Assembly (NCBI GenBank): GCA_965208675.1
Contig: OZ242351.1
Span: 3,680,001 to 3,744,000, forward strand
Direction of reading: 5' to 3'
Origin: Candidatus Poribacteria bacterium
Lineage (GTDB): Bacteria; Poribacteria; WGA-4E; PCPOR2b
Length of the DNA: 64,000 nucleotides
Shown: one piece after another, positions 59,449 to 64,000 of the stretch
Layout of the letters: each line of letters begins with the position of its first letter
How positions within the stretch are numbered: position 1 is the first letter of the stretch
Program-made: the position numbers and the translations under genes
Notes under the pieces: generated by a model
What the model was told of the DNA's origin: nothing
Database searches by the model: none
Seen by the model: only the letters and a program-made list of their open reading frames with translations

Positions 59449-61827
59449 TTACTGTAGGCTGACAGCGATGCCGCTATCAGTAGGTTGCCGATTTTGACCG
59501 ATTCGCAGTTGGCGTTCCGCATCCACTACGTCTCGATTGATTTTATCAATACACCGGCCGAGCTTGTCCAATAGCGCGGTGTGCCCGACCATCGCCCGGC
59601 GCATCTGTCTAAGGAGATCGATGACTAGGCGAAACGAGCGGACAAAATCGCCGTCAGCTAAGTTCACATATTGGTGAAGGTCTTCAAATTCACAACCTTG
59701 GCTCCACGCGAGGATGGCGGTACTCAATTTCGATTCCAGCTTGGGAATCTCATCGACTACGCGATGCTTCCGTTCCAAGGTTTGAACGTACTCGAATTCG
59801 CTGTCAACTTCCCGCAACATCTGTATTAATCGTTTGTCTTTCAGCTTCCGATAGTGATGAAGGTCCTTTCTCGATTCACAAACAATCGCCATGATGATTA
59901 CATTGATTTGGTCTTCAACTGCGTCTTCAAAGAATCCCCTGAAAAGCAACTGGGTAATTTGAATTTCGTAACCGTAGATTTGGGAAGCAGCACGTCCTTT
60001 GGGTAGTAGTCCGGAACCATCAATGTAGCCGAGTTTTTCGAGCACTTTCAGTCGGTTGGCAATCTGGTTTCGTTGATAATTCTTGTAATATTCCCTCCGA
60101 TCCTGGAGGTCACGTATGTGGTCGGCGGATTTCTCAATTTTTTGGTGCCGGGCGAGGCACACTTTTAGCTGAACACATTCGCAGCAGAGATTTTCACGTT
60201 TCGTGGATTCAATACTCCGAAGCTGGCGCTTAATACGTGTAAGTTTTTTCAATCGCAGTTTCTGACTTCCTCGTCCGCGTTGTTTTCGCTTTACCTCCGC
60301 GCGTTCCGTTCTCAAGCGGTGCGAACCTTCTTCAAGGCGTTCTAAGAGACGATTATAACCGCTGATTTGTTCGGTCGCATCAATGCCCTCATGAATACAC
60401 ACGGGGTGCGGCAGCCGCGTGAATGTGCGCTTTAGACCTTTCAGTTCTAACTCAATATCGCCGATTCGCTCGTAGTTCTGGAAATTACTCAGGCTTGAGG
60501 TACAGACATCATAAATTTCATCGCCGTATTTTTCATATAGGTTCAGTATACTTGAGTATGATAGATTAAACTGACTTTCGATGGGTTCAATTTTATCGGA
60601 GATGATACGCTGAATCTGATCGACATCTGCAAATCTTGGATTGACTCGCGCATAAACATAACCGACGGTATCGATTCCACGACGTCCTGCCCGCCCCGCC
60701 ATCTGGTGGTATTCGCGCGCTTTCAGATATCGAAAATTAACGCCATCGTACTTTTCTAGGCTGTCGAAGACGGCAGTGCACACCGGCATATTGATTCCGA
60801 CAGCGAACGTCTCCGTTGTAAAAAGAAGTTGAATCCGTCCAGATGCAAACAGGTGTTCAACCACCTCTTTTAGGGTCGGCAGCATACCAGCATGGTGATA
60901 TACTACGCCTTTTGAGACTAGATACCGAAACTCCTCAATGTTTTTTTCACCATGAATGTTGTACCGTGCGCAGAGCGAATCGAACACGCGAAGGATTTCA
61001 TCGCGATCTTTAGGAGACAAAAAACTGTGGTTGGCATAATATTCGGCGTTTTTCTCGCACCCTTTACGGCTAAAACAGAAAAAGAGGCAAGGGAGTTGCC
61101 CCTTCTTCTGAATATGCTGAATTAGGTCGGCGCGAATAATCTCGGGATATTTGGACGCGGCAATTTCGTCCACAGCTTGATTGTGAAATCCTGCGTATGC
61201 AATCTCCTCCTGAATTCCGCGAAGATTGCCGAAATTTCCAATTCCGTAACCCTCAAGGTAAAGGCGGTGTTGCAACGGTACTGGGCGTTCAAGATCTTCA
61301 ACAATCTCCATTTTTCCATCACGAACACTTCGCATCCATTCCGCAAATTGATGGATGTTCGGAATGGTTGCGCTCAAGCAGACAAATTTGATGTGTTGGG
61401 GTGCGAAAATGATGCTCTCTTCCCAAACCGTTCCGCGCTCAATATCATTGATATAGTGAATTTCATCGAAGATGACATATTCGATGCCATCTAAGCGGGT
61501 GATGTCATCAAAGATGGCATTCCGAAAAATTTCGGTCGTCATGAGTAACACTTGCGCCGATGCATTGAGCGTTACATCGCCTGTGACGATTCCGATGGCA
61601 TCTCCGTATTGTTGATAAAAATCGCGGTACTTCTGATTACTTAAGGCTTTAATCGGAGCAGTATAGATGACGCTGCGTCCCAGCCGAATACACTTTTCAA
61701 CAACATATTCGGCAATTACAGTTTTGCCGGCTCCCGTTGGCGCGGTGACGATGACGGAATGGTTTTGATCTACTGCATAGATGGCTTCCTCTTGAAACCG
61801 GTCTAGCTTGAGCCCTTTATAAATCAT
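59449..61827 (-). CDS. Ski2-like DExH RNA helicase (HelY/DSHCT type)
   Basis: APTGAGKT, PIKALSNQK, DEIH, LSAT, HHAGM, TETFAVGINMP, QMAGRAGRRG, C-terminal GDFVR...DLLRQ. Confidence 0.93.
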   Translation of the reverse strand: MIYKGLKLDRFQEEAIYAVDQNHSVIVTAPTGAGKTVIAEYVVEKCIRLGRSVIYTAPIKALSNQKYRDFYQQYGDAIGIVTGDVTLNASAQVLLMTTEIFRNAIFDDITRLDGIEYVIFDEIHYINDIERGTVWEESIIFAPQHIKFVCLSATIPNIHQFAEWMRSVRDGKMEIVEDLERPVPLQHRLYLEGYGIGNFGNLRGIQEEIAYAGFHNQAVDEIAASKYPEIIRADLIQHIQKKGQLPCLFFCFSRKGCEKNAEYYANHSFLSPKDRDEILRVFDSLCARYNIHGEKNIEEFRYLVSKGVVYHHAGMLPTLKEVVEHLFASGRIQLLFTTETFAVGINMPVCTAVFDSLEKYDGVNFRYLKAREYHQMAGRAGRRGIDTVGYVYARVNPRFADVDQIQRIISDKIEPIESQFNLSYSSILNLYEKYGDEIYDVCTSSLSNFQNYERIGDIELELKGLKRTFTRLPHPVCIHEGIDATEQISGYNRLLERLEEGSHRLRTERAEVKRKQRGRGSQKLRLKKLTRIKRQLRSIESTKRENLCCECVQLKVCLARHQKIEKSADHIRDLQDRREYYKNYQRNQIANRLKVLEKLGYIDGSGLLPKGRAASQIYGYEIQITQLLFRGFFEDAVEDQINVIIMAIVCESRKDLHHYRKLKDKRLIQMLREVDSEFEYVQTLERKHRVVDEIPKLESKLSTAILAWSQGCEFEDLHQYVNLADGDFVRSFRLVIDLLRQMRRAMVGHTALLDKLGRCIDKINRDVVDAERQLRIGQNRQPTDSGIAVSLQ

Positions 61828-62272
61828 CTATGATTCCCCGGTGTTGCACGCCATGATTATAACTGTTTCTATGTTTTTTGTCAATTGGGAAATATGATTG
61901 TGCGTTAGGCAGTGTATGTGCTAGTCTAGCTACCTGTCGGTTTTTACCTAATTTCTGTGGGATTTCGCTTGCGGCTGAACCCAAACTGTGCTAAATTTAA
62001 GACGGTCGCATTAGGCGTAAAATTTGACATTACCTCGAAATACCTGAGCGGTATACCGTGCTGCCTTGGGAAAACGACAGATTGCCTCTTAATCCAGTGA
62101 GAATATTGACTAGTGGTGAGTGACGAATGATTTATGGGGCGTGAACTGCACAAGATAGCGCGAGGAGAGCAAACGGCTCGCCTTTATTTCATTCACAAGT
62201 GGATACCTTGAAAGCTGATTTTTTCCGTACTGCACCTGAAAACTGCTGAAGTAACGAAAGGCGGTGAAACAC

Positions 62273-62695
62273 ATGGACTTTGGCACGTGGTCACCATCAC
62301 ACACAATCCTTGTGCTCGTAATTGTCGTGGCTTTCGTTGGACAAGTCGCGGTTTTGTTCTATCGCACTGCGCAGCTTGAGAAGCGGATGGACAGGCAAAA
62401 CAACGAATTACGACGGCAAGGAGAACATCTAGAGAATCGAATTGACAAACGCATTGATGAAGTCAGAGGTGAAATCAGTGATGTGCGCTCCGAAATTTCA
62501 CATCTGAGAACCGATGTTCAATCCGAAATTGGCGATGTTCGAACTGAAATTCGCTCGGAAATTAGCGATGTGCGCTCCGAAATTGCTAATCTGAGAACCG
62601 ATGTTCAATCTGAAATCAACGATGTGCGAACTGAAATCAGCAAACTCAACCAGAACCACATTGAACACTTGAGGTACCACAACCACAGTGAATAA
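62273..62695 (+). CDS. Small membrane-anchored coiled-coil protein with internal repeats
   Basis: N-terminal TM helix, 7/11-residue EIxDVRxE repeats, upstream AAGGCGGTG RBS. Confidence 0.7.
   Translation: MDFGTWSPSHTILVLVIVVAFVGQVAVLFYRTAQLEKRMDRQNNELRRQGEHLENRIDKRIDEVRGEISDVRSEISHLRTDVQSEIGDVRTEIRSEISDVRSEIANLRTDVQSEINDVRTEISKLNQNHIEHLRYHNHSE
62471..62641 (+). repeat. 87-bp tandem duplication inside the coiled-coil gene
   Basis: GAAATcAGtGATGTGCGCTCCGAAATT...ATCTGAGAACCGATGTTCAATC starts at 62471 and again at 62558. Confidence 0.8.
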
Positions 62696-63354
62696 CTTGA
62701 ACGTTGATTTTATGGCTGTTTGGAGAATCACATGAGGCAAAAATTCAAAATCCGCCCGGAATAATTGAGACCATAAAAAACATTAAATTTACGACATGAG
62801 AGAAGAGAAGCGCCTGAATAACGGTTAAAGGGAAAGGACCTACACCTTCCCCGTTCCTGATGAATTGTCTGATTGGACAGAAAAATGTCACTTCCCGTAA
62901 CGTCCCGCCTTTGGAATCGTAAATCCTATCACATCCCTTCATAAAGAAATTAAGATGCACTTCCCTCCTCCTGTTTATGAGCGAAGCTAAGGTGGAACTC
63001 AGTAATTCGTGCGGCTACTCATTGAGTTGCCTAACCCTCAAATGGTATTTCCAAGATATCCGGTCAATATCTGCAAGCCCAGTTCTCGAACCTTTAACCG
63101 CGCATTTAGAGGCATGTTCAAATTTACGTTTAGACGTGCGGCAACTCACGCAGCGAGTCAATGAATACTTTGCACCGCTTCAGCGGAATTTAACACCTGA
63201 ACGCCTACCGCTAGATAATGATTAAATACGAAAAATGCACGTCTATCCAGAAGATCTTATTTTCAGTTTCTTGCACGATCTGGATGCCGGGAGGCGCTGA
63301 ATTTTGGGTGCGTTTTCCGCCGAAACCTGCAAGACTAATTGTGTATAGTTAAAT

Positions 63355-64000
63355 ATGATCAAGAAAGCCTTGTGTATCGGTGAGCTGGTCGTTGATTTTG
63401 TGTCAACAGCATCTGATAAGTCCCTTGCAGAATGCGCAGGGTTCACCAAAGCGCCGGGCGGCGCACCGGCAAATGTCGCCGTTGGGTTGTCTAGACTCGG
63501 ACTAGCGTCGGGTTTCATCGGCAAAGTTGGAGCGGATCCATTCGGAGATTCCCTGCGGAAGACACTCGAGGAAAACGGCGTGGATACATCGTGTCTCTTA
63601 TCGGGGGCTGGTTGCCGCACAACGCTGGCATTTGTTGCGACGCGTTCCGACGGGATGAAGGACATTATCTGTTATCGGAATCCAGGGGCGGATATGCTTC
63701 TCACGCCTGACGAAATTAACGAAACGTACATTCAATCGGCAGATTTGTTTCATTATGGTTCCGTCAGTTTAAGCCATCAGCCGAGCCGCAACGCTACGCT
63801 AAAGGCGATACAGTGCGCAAAGGACGCCGGTGCATTTATTTCCTACGATCCGAATCTGCGGTTGATGCTGTGGGATAGTCCGGCAGATGCCAAACGCTGG
63901 ATTTGGGAAGCCATGCAATATGCGGATGTTGCAAAACTTGCCGAGGAGGAGTGGGAATTTGTGACGGGCACATCGGATTTACAACGCGGCAGTGAACGCG
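63355..64000 (+). CDS. PfkB-family carbohydrate kinase (fructokinase-like; runs off the window edge)
   Basis: Manual translation MIKKALCIGELVVDF...APGGAPANVAVGLSRLG...GKVGADPFG...SYDPNLR. Confidence 0.92.
   Translation, partial: MIKKALCIGELVVDFVSTASDKSLAECAGFTKAPGGAPANVAVGLSRLGLASGFIGKVGADPFGDSLRKTLEENGVDTSCLLSGAGCRTTLAFVATRSDGMKDIICYRNPGADMLLTPDEINETYIQSADLFHYGSVSLSHQPSRNATLKAIQCAKDAGAFISYDPNLRLMLWDSPADAKRWIWEAMQYADVAKLAEEEWEFVTGTSDLQRGSER

Noticed and set aside
62471-62641. Possible CRISPR-like repeat array
   Set aside because: In-frame coding repeats with no unique spacers and no cas genes.

Overview
A bacterial chromosomal window with no rRNA, tRNA, CRISPR array or intact transposase. 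The gene content suggests Candidatus Poribacteria or a related sponge/marine lineage (inference): a secreted protein with an NYPNPFNPETWIPY-type C-terminal sorting domain, a PorV-like barrel, a CRTAC1/FG-GAP protein, HEAT-repeat lipoproteins, paralogous PhyH dioxygenases and GTAG-type REPs. Housekeeping genes (glnA-glnB under a sigma54 promoter, dcd, mutM, rnhB-yraN, ftsH-folP-acpS, ABC-F, pepF-like peptidase, Ski2-like helicase) alternate with accessory enzymes. Main observations: (1) a tandem PhyH pair whose second copy has HxA instead of HxD, the Fe/2OG halogenase signature; (2) a GcvH-like protein lacking the lipoyl lysine, with an acidic tail, directly upstream of an ADP-ribosylhydrolase that is itself duplicated; (3) a PspA (ESCRT-III-like), DUF481 barrel, AAA ATPase cluster; (4) three genes that appear to start at ATA/ATT behind Shine-Dalgarno motifs; (5) a TonB-dependent receptor split by one in-frame TAG; (6) an AtuA, luciferase-like monooxygenase, flavin reductase, VOC cluster; (7) several MITE/REP families and a candidate structured RNA. 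All family calls come from motif recognition; no searches were run.
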